Assembly: GCA_963835575.1 (NCBI GenBank)
Contig: CAWIGG010000002.1
Location: 672,001-736,000 of the forward strand
Reading direction: 5' to 3'
Length of the DNA: 64,000 nucleotides
From: an uncultured Spirochaetota bacterium
GTDB taxonomy: Bacteria > Spirochaetota > Brevinematia > Brevinematales > JAOACQ01
Shown here: positions 31,301 through 40,154 of the stretch, one piece after another
Position numbering within the stretch: position 1 is the stretch's first letter
Layout: every line of letters begins with the position of its first letter
Position numbers and translations under genes: made by a program
Notes under the pieces: model-generated
The model's input: only the letters and a program-made list of their open reading frames with translations
What the model was told of the DNA's origin: nothing
Database searches by the model: none

Positions 31301-34300
31301 ATCGGCATCAAATATTCTGGAACCAATAAAATTTATGTCGAATATCCTCATGTCGCATTGGCGTATTATATAGTTCCGAACAAACTGGATACGACAACAA
31401 TCACAAATTCAATTACCTATTTTATCACAAATCTGGGAATGCCGGGTAACAGTGTACATAATATAAAAATCAGTATTCCCACTAATATTTCCACCAATAT
31501 TCAGAATGTTAACGGGGGAGTATTTGACCCGGTTACAAATAACATAGTAATCAATTTTCCGACGCCTTTAGATGGAGGGCAGTCAAGAACAGTTACTTTC
31601 AATATGATTGATATTGTTGACGGAAAAGATATAAAAGATATTTATTTATATCCCTGGGTTTCGAATGACAGGGAGAGCGTACAGGTCTCAAATGTGGTTT
31701 TAGGCATGAGCGGAAAGCTGGATTTTTTGCTTCCTAAACCGAAAGGCGGCGGCGGCGTCAGCCCGAATGTGTTCTTTGTCGATCTGAATGAACCATTAAA
31801 CAGCGTTTTGACGCAGCAGTTCACAATAACGGTGACAAATGCGGGTGTGGGAACAGACCGCTTTAATAGCTTAAAAGTTGATATACCGGATGCATTGAAT
31901 GGATTAATAAATACGGTTTATTCCACAAAGTTAGGAGTTTCCAACCAGGGTAACCCGTTATTGATAAAATTAAATGCGACCAATTTTGAAATAATATATT
32001 CTAACGCTTCGTCATTTATCCCGGCAAAAAATGCTGATACTATAATTGTTACCGCGCTTGTTTCCAATCTTAATTCTCTTCCGACAAATGGTGTATGGGA
32101 TTTTTATGCGGACAACGGCTCTGTTTTAAATAATTTTCCCAACCCGGATATTACTTATTTTGAACTGACTGATGTCACTATCGGAAGTTCCGGATTATAC
32201 GGCACTGAAAGGCCTACAGTCAGCCAGAATGGGGACACATTGACAACAGTCATCACAAACACATTTGATTATGTCATTCAAAACGGGAGTACTTTTAATG
32301 GAGAACCGGTCAGTAAAGCCAGAATAGAAATACCCTGGCCGTATACTGCGGTGATCCAGACTATGAATATCGGAGGACAGAGCGCCAACCTCTCGACAAA
32401 TGGCGGTTATATATGGCTGAATTACGTTGGGCCGAATTATCTCTCAAGCGGTAATAATACAGCAATTGAAATTAAAACGGTCAAACCTCTTATTTCAGAA
32501 GCCACGAATGTTTTATGGAATTGCGATGTCTATTATTTGGATAATTCCAGCAATACGGCTGTCAGTAATGTGAGGGGCGATCCAAGACAGATGATTGTAT
32601 TGCCTAACGCATATTTTTACAGCTATGTCTCGCCTAATGATGTGGGAAAAGATGAAATAGGAGTTTTATATACCTTTACTATTACAAATTACGGGGAGAT
32701 CGGAAATAACCTGTATAAGATAAAAATAGTGCCGCCGACAACAAATTCAAATAATTTTTTAGTAATGACCAATATTGATAGTATTACATCAGTATTAGCG
32801 GGGACAAATACCATATATTCCAATGACGGCTGCGTTTATATCGATTATGGAGCGAATAATACGAATATTGTTTCTAAAGCCATCGATACTGTCAGTTTAA
32901 GAGCTTATGACAATCAGGATTCAATCGGTTTTAAGGGCCAATGGGCAGTCTATACGGCTAATGGAAAAACAATGAATCCAACAATTGCGACGGCTGATCC
33001 GGAAACCGGCATTGGAAAAAGCCTCTCTTATAATGTGATTATGCCTGATTATGATTCGACATATTATGTCATTCCCAATAGTGTTTCGACAGTTAGTACA
33101 TCAAATACTATCAAAGTCGTCATTGAAAATGCGGGTAAAGGAACAAACAATATTAACAATGTGAGAATCTATTTACAATATCCTTTCCTGACGAATAATA
33201 TCGCCGTATCAAGTTCAAACGGCGCCGCTTACAGCATGTCTTCCGAGGGAGGGACAAATTATGTTGATCTGCAGTATCCTCCGAATACTTTTGTTACAAA
33301 TAAAGCGGATATTATTACACTCAATATCCAGGATGAAATGAATTACGGCGACACCAATATACTTGTTGATGTAAAAACCCGTTATAATACTTCAGTATTA
33401 ACATATATTCCTTCAAGGATACAATCAGGATTTACGAACCTGATCAGTTTTTTAATGCCTCCGCCTGTTGTCAGCGCAAACTTTGTGTCCGATAGTGTTT
33501 ATACAGTTCAAAGAGATTCAAAGCTGAGGTTCAGGATTATCAATAACGGCCTGGGAAGTAATGAATTAAGGAATATCAGTTTAACTGTTAATAGTTCATT
33601 TACAAACGGTTTAACTATTGCCAGGATTTCTGATAATCTGGCCACAAATATCATTTATGACAGCGCATCCGGTACATATGAAATGAACTACAGCAATTTT
33701 GTTATATTAATGACAAATGATATTGTGCTTGAGGTGACAAATACTAATACGCAGAAAATAAAGAATTTTAATTTTGATATGAGTTTCAATAATGGAATAC
33801 GCAATACAAATTTGTCGCTTTATTTGAATGTTGATACTCCCCCTACCGCATCTCTCTTAACAAAAGAAGTTTATGCGCCAAACTACAGCAATGATGTAAA
33901 GATGAATTTCTTTAATTACAGCAGCGGAAGTTCTTCTATATATTATCTCAGAATAACTCCGCCCAATGTCTTTACAAATCTGCTGAACCCGACAAGCGCA
34001 AAAGGAACAGTTGTGAGTAATCTGGGAACAAATATTGTGATTTACTATGCCTCCGGTCTTGCTAAAACGGATAACGATACAATTGAAATGTGGGCGGTAG
34101 ACAGCAACGATATGGTAGAAACCAGCAATGTTCCCTGGAAGCTGGAAGCTGATAATACCGGAGGCTATTCGGCTGTGGCTGAAGATCAGAGTAATTCTCT
34201 GGAAATGTCTCTTATTATACCTCAACCCAGTGTATCGAATATTGTTTATACTAAATGGTATGTGATCAATACCGGAAGTACAGAGTTAACAAATAGTTTT

Positions 34301-36106
34301 ATTCTGATGTTCAGCAATATCGGCGAGGGGGCTAATTCAATATTTTCTAATATTGTGGTGCTTCCCAGCCAGCTATCCACTGTTTTAGCATCAACGTTGA
34401 CTAATACAAAAACAGGTTCCAGGATTAATTTCAGCGGGAATAGTATAATTGTTGAGTATACAAATAGTTCGGGTTTATTCCCGGGAGAATGTGATACAAT
34501 TACGTTTATGTTTACTAATACAGTTACTTCTTCTAAAGATCTCTATCTATCCACGCAGAGTTACAACGGCAGTTCCAAAGGGGACACAGAAGAGACATTT
34601 ATTGTCAGTTTTATTTCGCCGCAGGAACCGACGGAAGGATATGTTGACGGACAAATGTCGATTTACAGCATAGATAATAACGCCGTTATTAAATATCATA
34701 TCAACAACGGCATGTATGACCACGGCATCAGGGCAGTGAGACTTTCATTTGATAACACACAACTTTTTGTGACAAATATTTACTCAACGGTTTTAAATCA
34801 AAACTTAAGCTATAACCTGACACCGTCAAATATTATTATCCATTATAATACCCTGCTTCCTCCCAAACCTACAACCGGTTCATCCGGCAGTAATGAAATC
34901 CTTCTGATTGCGGTTAATTATACAAATAATCACAATTGGACAAATTATATGAATGCCGACGTTTTATATGACGGGGCTTATGATTACGCGCCGGCGCAGG
35001 TAAAGCCCGGTGAAAATAATTTCCTTCCTGTAATGATAGCGGACTTCGGCAGGGTGACCGGTATTGTTCTTCCCGGGAATTCCAATCCGACCATAAAACT
35101 GTATAATCACAACAGCGCCGTAACCGCGACGAATAAATTAGGGAATCAGATTACAGCAGGCGGCAATTCTACTACCGGCCAGTATACGCTTGATAATATA
35201 CCGGCAGGCACCTATGACATAGGTTTTATAGGGAATCTGTATAAAGAAGATAAAATATCCGGTGTGCAGGTCCTAAATAATGTTATTACCAATATAAGCT
35301 TATTCAAGCTCAGAAGAGACATATTTAACCGTGATTCTACAACTGTTCAGACAACAGTTTCATTGGATGATACAAATTGTATTGTTACAATTCCAGCGGG
35401 GACATTGGGCGATAATTTTTCAATTGATATCTGGATTACAAATGTCAGTGTTGTGAGTGGAATGAGGGAAAAGCTCACAAGCGGCGGCTCAATCAAGTCT
35501 CCTTCCTATCCTGATAATGTTAAAGTATACAATCTTGATATCAGGGGAGTTGACGAGGACAAGAGATATGAACAGGAATTGAAAAACGATGTCATTATTT
35601 CCCTGCATTATAATGACATCGATATAAGCTCACAAGGCTGGAAAGAAGGTACATTGGCTATTTATTACTGGAGGAGTATGACCAAAGAATGGATCAGGAT
35701 CGGAGGCGCAGTGGATACCACCAGAAACATGGTAACGATCAAAGCAAGCTATCTGCATCAGTATTACGCGATAGTTGATGAGAATCCGGGAAGCACGAAA
35801 GTTAAAGGTATTGTCAGCGTAAAGACCGATCCGAAAATATTTACTCCGGGCGTGAATAACAGAACATTTAAAAATATTAAAATATCCATCGGCTTTGAAG
35901 ACGCTCATGATACTTACCAGGTTAAAATTTATGATCTGAGGGGAAATCTTATCAGATCGTTTGTCCGGAGCGGTGAATACAAGCAGGGAGAAATTTACTG
36001 GGACGGCACAGATGAAGATGGATATAATCTGAAGACTGGGGTATATATTTATAAAATTATCGCGGGAACAATTGTTTACAGCGGTACTATAGTGATTGTC
36101 AGGTAA
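28325..36106 (+). CDS. Giant exported repeat protein B, a colinear paralog of A (alternative start 28379)
   Basis: Signal peptide then SYYYY; 13 repeats; C-terminus PKIFTP...VKIYDLRGNLIRSF...WDG...GVYIY...GTIVIVR. Confidence 0.8.
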   Translation: MNKILYLSINYLLQAGKKMHLFYRFILVFLALIICSSGFSLSYYYYEDFEAMPTAANGASYSNNGIYSTNGWSWNYRLGRDVIAYDVWHSSTAVTPTPWYGGVEITNNGGNKRLFIYGRPNNEDLFWNNWCIGDGIKFDPKSNQQLGNSSIIATPENPFGYTIVRYTTSIDASCESQAQADYHKGFVGAWLGEDMPGKTNQNDSLNNFIIFEDKSGDKVQNSYGYYYNADYSVDITTLTSDFDGKSVGNTALLGTDFRKIMDDNNAGFNNSIKYSTAYSNPVTRPLGIKMTTDGSKVRIYVNFNPTNETAYGLSNSWVLIVEKDAAIAQDLIAYFGDETTYYLPEGIEAQYDNFLIRTVTSNIQASISPQKVVTNGFVRFNMIITNFMGTTNDSGIGEFVVKKPASYTSNWILSNVSISNEYGMLTVTNTNMNPPSGYASVSTNSSGDLYIRFNMSSGSSHQILTNSVGVVNLQFSIWTSPNANSSGENFEVYADCVKHADTGPDWVFNQSTGIKYATTGKKKAYPVSSDSLSVQVYTSPAAYAMLSSPNSLVVGQDQSALSFILSTEGISGAPNISYARIYIPAGFTVSNNNPSTNISSMVLGSQSFQNCYLTNINGSNFIFINYMGVGGFPGINGWDTISFNNYGTPAMPGGINYTNFLWQVSVDSSGIIGGTVWQNTITNSTYSHQTLRMTMSNAQVSAYITPQKAAINTTVQSNQLRYSYFIENTGQINNNVYGIRIDIPGDFLTNSVTNIVSTNGGITKLSNSSIWVNYASPLTSGQKDTILFYATHTNTDVNASSKSVPFYCYADNNNSIGYTIQREAAGQTWSVTIVPPLPAAENQLFIPVTNIIGTNTNVTMNPVIYTSDVTNTFIHKIYNTGAIGVNIKLAVISVATNYISSIFNVSSSLAGSHYQISNINGSNYIYLKYYENNTNLLSMDQDPAALDTVQFTAVDSIAVNTFSIMPTNIGMPVTVYKTTNVSMDPNDYSTSAIGIKYSGTNKIYVEYPHVALAYYIVPNKLDTTTITNSITYFITNLGMPGNSVHNIKISIPTNISTNIQNVNGGVFDPVTNNIVINFPTPLDGGQSRTVTFNMIDIVDGKDIKDIYLYPWVSNDRESVQVSNVVLGMSGKLDFLLPKPKGGGGVSPNVFFVDLNEPLNSVLTQQFTITVTNAGVGTDRFNSLKVDIPDALNGLINTVYSTKLGVSNQGNPLLIKLNATNFEIIYSNASSFIPAKNADTIIVTALVSNLNSLPTNGVWDFYADNGSVLNNFPNPDITYFELTDVTIGSSGLYGTERPTVSQNGDTLTTVITNTFDYVIQNGSTFNGEPVSKARIEIPWPYTAVIQTMNIGGQSANLSTNGGYIWLNYVGPNYLSSGNNTAIEIKTVKPLISEATNVLWNCDVYYLDNSSNTAVSNVRGDPRQMIVLPNAYFYSYVSPNDVGKDEIGVLYTFTITNYGEIGNNLYKIKIVPPTTNSNNFLVMTNIDSITSVLAGTNTIYSNDGCVYIDYGANNTNIVSKAIDTVSLRAYDNQDSIGFKGQWAVYTANGKTMNPTIATADPETGIGKSLSYNVIMPDYDSTYYVIPNSVSTVSTSNTIKVVIENAGKGTNNINNVRIYLQYPFLTNNIAVSSSNGAAYSMSSEGGTNYVDLQYPPNTFVTNKADIITLNIQDEMNYGDTNILVDVKTRYNTSVLTYIPSRIQSGFTNLISFLMPPPVVSANFVSDSVYTVQRDSKLRFRIINNGLGSNELRNISLTVNSSFTNGLTIARISDNLATNIIYDSASGTYEMNYSNFVILMTNDIVLEVTNTNTQKIKNFNFDMSFNNGIRNTNLSLYLNVDTPPTASLLTKEVYAPNYSNDVKMNFFNYSSGSSSIYYLRITPPNVFTNLLNPTSAKGTVVSNLGTNIVIYYASGLAKTDNDTIEMWAVDSNDMVETSNVPWKLEADNTGGYSAVAEDQSNSLEMSLIIPQPSVSNIVYTKWYVINTGSTELTNSFILMFSNIGEGANSIFSNIVVLPSQLSTVLASTLTNTKTGSRINFSGNSIIVEYTNSSGLFPGECDTITFMFTNTVTSSKDLYLSTQSYNGSSKGDTEETFIVSFISPQEPTEGYVDGQMSIYSIDNNAVIKYHINNGMYDHGIRAVRLSFDNTQLFVTNIYSTVLNQNLSYNLTPSNIIIHYNTLLPPKPTTGSSGSNEILLIAVNYTNNHNWTNYMNADVLYDGAYDYAPAQVKPGENNFLPVMIADFGRVTGIVLPGNSNPTIKLYNHNSAVTATNKLGNQITAGGNSTTGQYTLDNIPAGTYDIGFIGNLYKEDKISGVQVLNNVITNISLFKLRRDIFNRDSTTVQTTVSLDDTNCIVTIPAGTLGDNFSIDIWITNVSVVSGMREKLTSGGSIKSPSYPDNVKVYNLDIRGVDEDKRYEQELKNDVIISLHYNDIDISSQGWKEGTLAIYYWRSMTKEWIRIGGAVDTTRNMVTIKASYLHQYYAIVDENPGSTKVKGIVSVKTDPKIFTPGVNNRTFKNIKISIGFEDAHDTYQVKIYDLRGNLIRSFVRSGEYKQGEIYWDGTDEDGYNLKTGVYIYKIIAGTIVYSGTIVIVR

Positions 36107-36120
36107 AGGAGGAACGGGGT

Positions 36121-37383
36121 ATGTTAAAAAGATATTTAATTATTATTTTATTTATTCTATCTATATCATCAGCTTACTGTGCTTATGAAGACGGGGAAAG
36201 AAATGCGCGGAGCCGGGCAATGGGCGACGCTATTTTTGCCGATTTTGACGGTGTGAACACCATGAATTATAATCCGGCTACCATAGCGCTTGTTCGAAGC
36301 ATACAAACTTACGGGGCCTGGGATACGCCCTATACAGGCTTGAATGACGATACAGGTATCAATACAATTCACTTTGATCTTGTCGTTCCATTCTGGAATA
36401 GTTTTACAATCGGCCCCGATCCCTTCCTGACAAAAAGGGCGGCTTTAGGAATCAGCGTAAAGAGACTTTCAGTAAGCGGCATAGATTCTGACGGCGCTAA
36501 TGTGGAGTTTTATCATGAGGCGGAATACAGTTTAATTTATGCTAAAGATTTGAACGATGCCCTATCAAAAGGAGCGAAAATATCTGTCGGAGTAAAATTT
36601 AATTTGTTTGATATCGGCATTGGAAATACAGTGGATGTTCAAAATAACGAGAATATTGTTCAGCTCTCCAGGCTTTCATTCGGTATGGACGCGGGTTTGA
36701 CTTATGATTTCAGCGAGACTATTCATATCGGCCTGGCTTATAATAATTTAGTGCAGCCTAATATTTCAATAATGCCCGATGGGACAGATGTCCTTCCCAG
36801 CGAATTAAGATTAGGGGCCAACTGGGATATCGGAGATTTTTTATTTTTCAAAAAGGCCAAATTGGGTTTCGGTATAATCAGTTACGGAAGAGATCCGAAT
36901 GATAACCGTCAGGCAGATATGTCCTGGAACCTTGGCTATGAATTCAGGCAGCTGACAGCCAGCGAGATAATTAAAGGGAGTACATTTAAAGGTGAAATGC
37001 TGGCTTTCCGCTTTGGTATGATTTATCTGCAGAAAAAGACAGGAGATGACATTGATTTGTATATAGTTAAACTTACAGGAGATCTTGTTATGACAGGCGG
37101 TCTTGGTTTTACTTATGAATTTAATGAGGCGCATCAGGTAAGTGTTGATTATTGTATTGATTATGGTTTGAACAATGGAGCATTGAGACAAACCGTTGGT
37201 TTGAGTTACCGTTATTTATTCCCGAACAGCGCTTTTGCTTATAAAGAAGAAGAAAGAAAAGAGTTGGAGTTTGAAGAGTTGATGCAAAAGCGCCAGACTG
37301 CTGTCACCAATCAATCTCAAAATAATCAATATAATCTGCCTGTAACTCAGGAGACAAATAAAACAAAAACAAAAGTCAAATAG
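36121..37383 (+). CDS. PorV/PorP-SprF-like (FadL-related) outer-membrane beta-barrel
   Basis: Signal peptide; ARSRAMGDA...NYNPA plug motif; GMDAGL, NLVQP, LPSELRLG amphipathic strands; AGGAGG RBS 14 bp after the previous stop. Confidence 0.7.
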   Translation: MLKRYLIIILFILSISSAYCAYEDGERNARSRAMGDAIFADFDGVNTMNYNPATIALVRSIQTYGAWDTPYTGLNDDTGINTIHFDLVVPFWNSFTIGPDPFLTKRAALGISVKRLSVSGIDSDGANVEFYHEAEYSLIYAKDLNDALSKGAKISVGVKFNLFDIGIGNTVDVQNNENIVQLSRLSFGMDAGLTYDFSETIHIGLAYNNLVQPNISIMPDGTDVLPSELRLGANWDIGDFLFFKKAKLGFGIISYGRDPNDNRQADMSWNLGYEFRQLTASEIIKGSTFKGEMLAFRFGMIYLQKKTGDDIDLYIVKLTGDLVMTGGLGFTYEFNEAHQVSVDYCIDYGLNNGALRQTVGLSYRYLFPNSAFAYKEEERKELEFEELMQKRQTAVTNQSQNNQYNLPVTQETNKTKTKVK

Positions 37384-37402
37384 ATCATTTTAAGTAAAAA
37401 AT

Positions 37403-37438
37403 AGAGGCTGTCTTTAGATAATTGGACAGCCTCTTTTT
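37403..37438 (+). terminator. Intrinsic terminator ending the three-gene operon
   Basis: AGAGGCTGTC...GACAGCCTCT followed by TTTT; A-tract on the left (possibly bidirectional). Confidence 0.7.
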
Positions 37439-37501
37439 ATTAGAAAAATTATTCATTAAGGTGTATAATAAAACCGGCATCAAGCATGGAGGGCTATCTT
37501 C

Positions 37502-39772
37502 ATGGAAATAAACGAAGAGCTGAACCAGATTATCCTTGCCGGATATAATGAAGCCAAGACCAGAAAGCATGAGTTTTATACGCCCGAGCATCTTCTCTAC
37601 GCTTCATTATTTTTTGAAAGCGGTATTGATATTCTTTACCATTGCGGCGGCAATATTGAAAATCTTAAACAAAATCTTGATTCTTATTTTAAAAAATATC
37701 AGGAAGTCATGAATGAAGAGGTTGAACTGCTTGAATCAATGGGACTTCAGAATGTGCTGACCAGAGCCATATATTCAACGTCCGACCCGAGGAAAGAAGA
37801 AATAACCATTGGAGATATTTATGCCGCGCTGATGGATGAAAAAGAATCATTTGCCTCATATTTTATCGGGAAGGAAGGAATTACAAAACTCGACCTGCTG
37901 AATTATATTTCCCATGGCATTTCTGTGATTCCAGGGGATAATTTATCTCAATTGCCTCCTATGGAGATTGAAGATGAAAGTATGGAGGAAAAAGGAAACC
38001 GTCTTGAATCTAAGAACAATATTTTGAGTTATTTTACCTCGGAATTGGTGCAGATGGCTAAGGCGCATGAATTTGAACCTTTAATCGGCAGGGAAGATAT
38101 ACTGGAAAGAACAATTCAGGTTCTTTGCAGACGTTTTAAGAATAATCCGATCCACGTGGGCGAACCCGGCGTAGGTAAAACAGCTATTACACAGGGTCTG
38201 GCATTAATGATTGCCCAGGAAAAGGTACCGCCTGTTTTAACTGGCGCGAAAATATATTCTCTTGATATGGGCGCCCTTCTTGCCGGTACCCGTTACCGGG
38301 GTGATTTTGAGGAAAGGCTTAAAAAGATCCTGAATGAACTGCTCAAAATGGATAAGGTAATCCTGTTTATTGATGAAATACACACTATTGTGGGGGCAGG
38401 GGCGGTTTCAGGCGGGGCTCTGGACGCCTCCAATATACTAAAACCGGCTCTTATGTCGGGAAAAATGAGATGCATCGGAACTACGACATACGAGGAATAT
38501 AAGAAATTTTTTGAAAAAGACAGGGCATTGTCCCGCCGTTTTCAAAAGATTGAAGTGGATGAACCCTCGGTGGATGAAACTTACAAAATTCTTCAGGGCC
38601 TGAAAAAGAATTATGAAGATTATCACATGGTAAAATATCAGGATGCCGCGTTAAGGGCGGCGGTTGAATTGTCTAATAAATATATTAATGACAGGCATTT
38701 GCCGGATAAAGCCATTGATGTGCTTGATGAATCCGGGGCCTTACTCAGAATGAAGAAAGGACCGGCCGATAAAAAAAGGATTGTTGTTAATGCATCTGAT
38801 ATAGAAAAAATCGTGGCTAAAATGGCGCGTATTCCGGAAAAATCGATTTCTCTCAATGAAATGGCAAATTTAAAAAGTCTGGAGCAGGAATTAAAGAAAA
38901 GGATTTTCGGGCAGAATGAGGCAATTAAAATGATCGCCGAAGCGATTAAAAGGTCAAGGGCCGGGTTCCATGATGAGATAAGGCCCGTTGCTTCATTCCT
39001 TTTTGTCGGGCCGACCGGAGTAGGTAAAACCGAATTGGTAAAACAGCTGGCGCAGGTACTCGGCATTCCGCTTATCCGTTTTGATATGAGTGAATATCAG
39101 GAAAAGCATACTGTGGCAAGGCTGATCGGGGCTCCTCCCGGATATGTCGGTTATGAGGAGGGCGGTCTATTAACAGAAGAGATCAGAAAAAAGCCTTATT
39201 CCGTTCTGCTTCTGGATGAAGTGGAAAAAGCCCATCCGGATATCTTCAATACCCTTCTCCAGGTTATGGATTACGCCACACTGACAGATAATACAGGCAA
39301 AAAGGCGGATTTCAGAAATGTCATACTGATAATGACATCAAACGCCGGGGCCAGAAACCTTGAACAGACGGATATAGGATTCAGCGGCATGAATGATAAT
39401 AAAAAATCGGTCGCAAAAGCTATTGAAATACTTTTTTCACCGGAATTCCGCAATAGACTGGACGCTATAGTCCAGTTCAATGCCCTGGAAAAAGAAATAG
39501 TTCTCAGCGTTGTTAAAAAGCAGCTGAAGGAATTTCAGGCCCAGCTGAGGATTAAGAAGATTAAACTGACTGTTTCTGATAAGTGCCTGGAATATCTCGC
39601 CGATAAAGCCTATTCAAAGATTTACGGGGCCCGTGAAGTATCGCGCTGGATACAGGAAAAAATAAAAAAATACTTCGTCGATGAGGTCCTTTTCGGCAGA
39701 TTGACACATGGCGGTTCTGTTTACGCTGACATTATAGATGATAATATAGTGATTAAACCTGTTGAGAAATAA
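37502..39772 (+). CDS. clpA: ATP-dependent Clp protease ATP-binding subunit ClpA
   Basis: HEFYTPEHLL N-domain; GEPGVGKT and GPTGVGKT; IRFDMSEYQEKHTVARLIGAPPGYVG; no ClpB middle domain. Confidence 0.93.
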   Translation: MEINEELNQIILAGYNEAKTRKHEFYTPEHLLYASLFFESGIDILYHCGGNIENLKQNLDSYFKKYQEVMNEEVELLESMGLQNVLTRAIYSTSDPRKEEITIGDIYAALMDEKESFASYFIGKEGITKLDLLNYISHGISVIPGDNLSQLPPMEIEDESMEEKGNRLESKNNILSYFTSELVQMAKAHEFEPLIGREDILERTIQVLCRRFKNNPIHVGEPGVGKTAITQGLALMIAQEKVPPVLTGAKIYSLDMGALLAGTRYRGDFEERLKKILNELLKMDKVILFIDEIHTIVGAGAVSGGALDASNILKPALMSGKMRCIGTTTYEEYKKFFEKDRALSRRFQKIEVDEPSVDETYKILQGLKKNYEDYHMVKYQDAALRAAVELSNKYINDRHLPDKAIDVLDESGALLRMKKGPADKKRIVVNASDIEKIVAKMARIPEKSISLNEMANLKSLEQELKKRIFGQNEAIKMIAEAIKRSRAGFHDEIRPVASFLFVGPTGVGKTELVKQLAQVLGIPLIRFDMSEYQEKHTVARLIGAPPGYVGYEEGGLLTEEIRKKPYSVLLLDEVEKAHPDIFNTLLQVMDYATLTDNTGKKADFRNVILIMTSNAGARNLEQTDIGFSGMNDNKKSVAKAIEILFSPEFRNRLDAIVQFNALEKEIVLSVVKKQLKEFQAQLRIKKIKLTVSDKCLEYLADKAYSKIYGAREVSRWIQEKIKKYFVDEVLFGRLTHGGSVYADIIDDNIVIKPVEK

Positions 39773-39778
39773 GCTTAT

Positions 39779-39826
39779 GGCAGTTCTAAAAACTCACATT
39801 TGCCGACATTGTTTTTTGAACCATCC
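39779..39826. repeat. Copy of the GGCAGTTCTAAAAAC palindromic element
   Basis: GGCAGTTCTAAAAAC...GTTTTTTGAACCATCC just after the clpA stop. Confidence 0.55.
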
Positions 39827-40154
39827 TTAATTAAACAACCGGCAGCAACTGCCGGAAAGAAAAGGACACCCTCCACGGTTTTCTTTAGTCGCGCGTCTTT
39901 TTAAGACCTATGGGTATTCTTCAGGCATATTATTCATAGAAGCTTGCTTGAATTGATGCCTTTCTCATGTCGCCCTCCCTGGCTTTATTCGAAAGGCAGC
40001 CGCAATCCATTGCGGCAAACACCCCACTTCTTTTATACATTCCTCAGAATACCGCTGACTCATTACTCAATCTTAAATAACTATTCTAAAGACTTGCAGG
40101 GAAAAACCGTAGAGGGTTGCTACGCTTTCTATACGGCTCTTTTACAATTAATAA

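Noticed and set aside
20614..36106. Diversity-generating retroelement targets or RTX/autotransporter adhesins
   Set aside because: No reverse transcriptase or TR/VR pair, no GGxGxD repeats, no C-terminal barrel in the giant proteins
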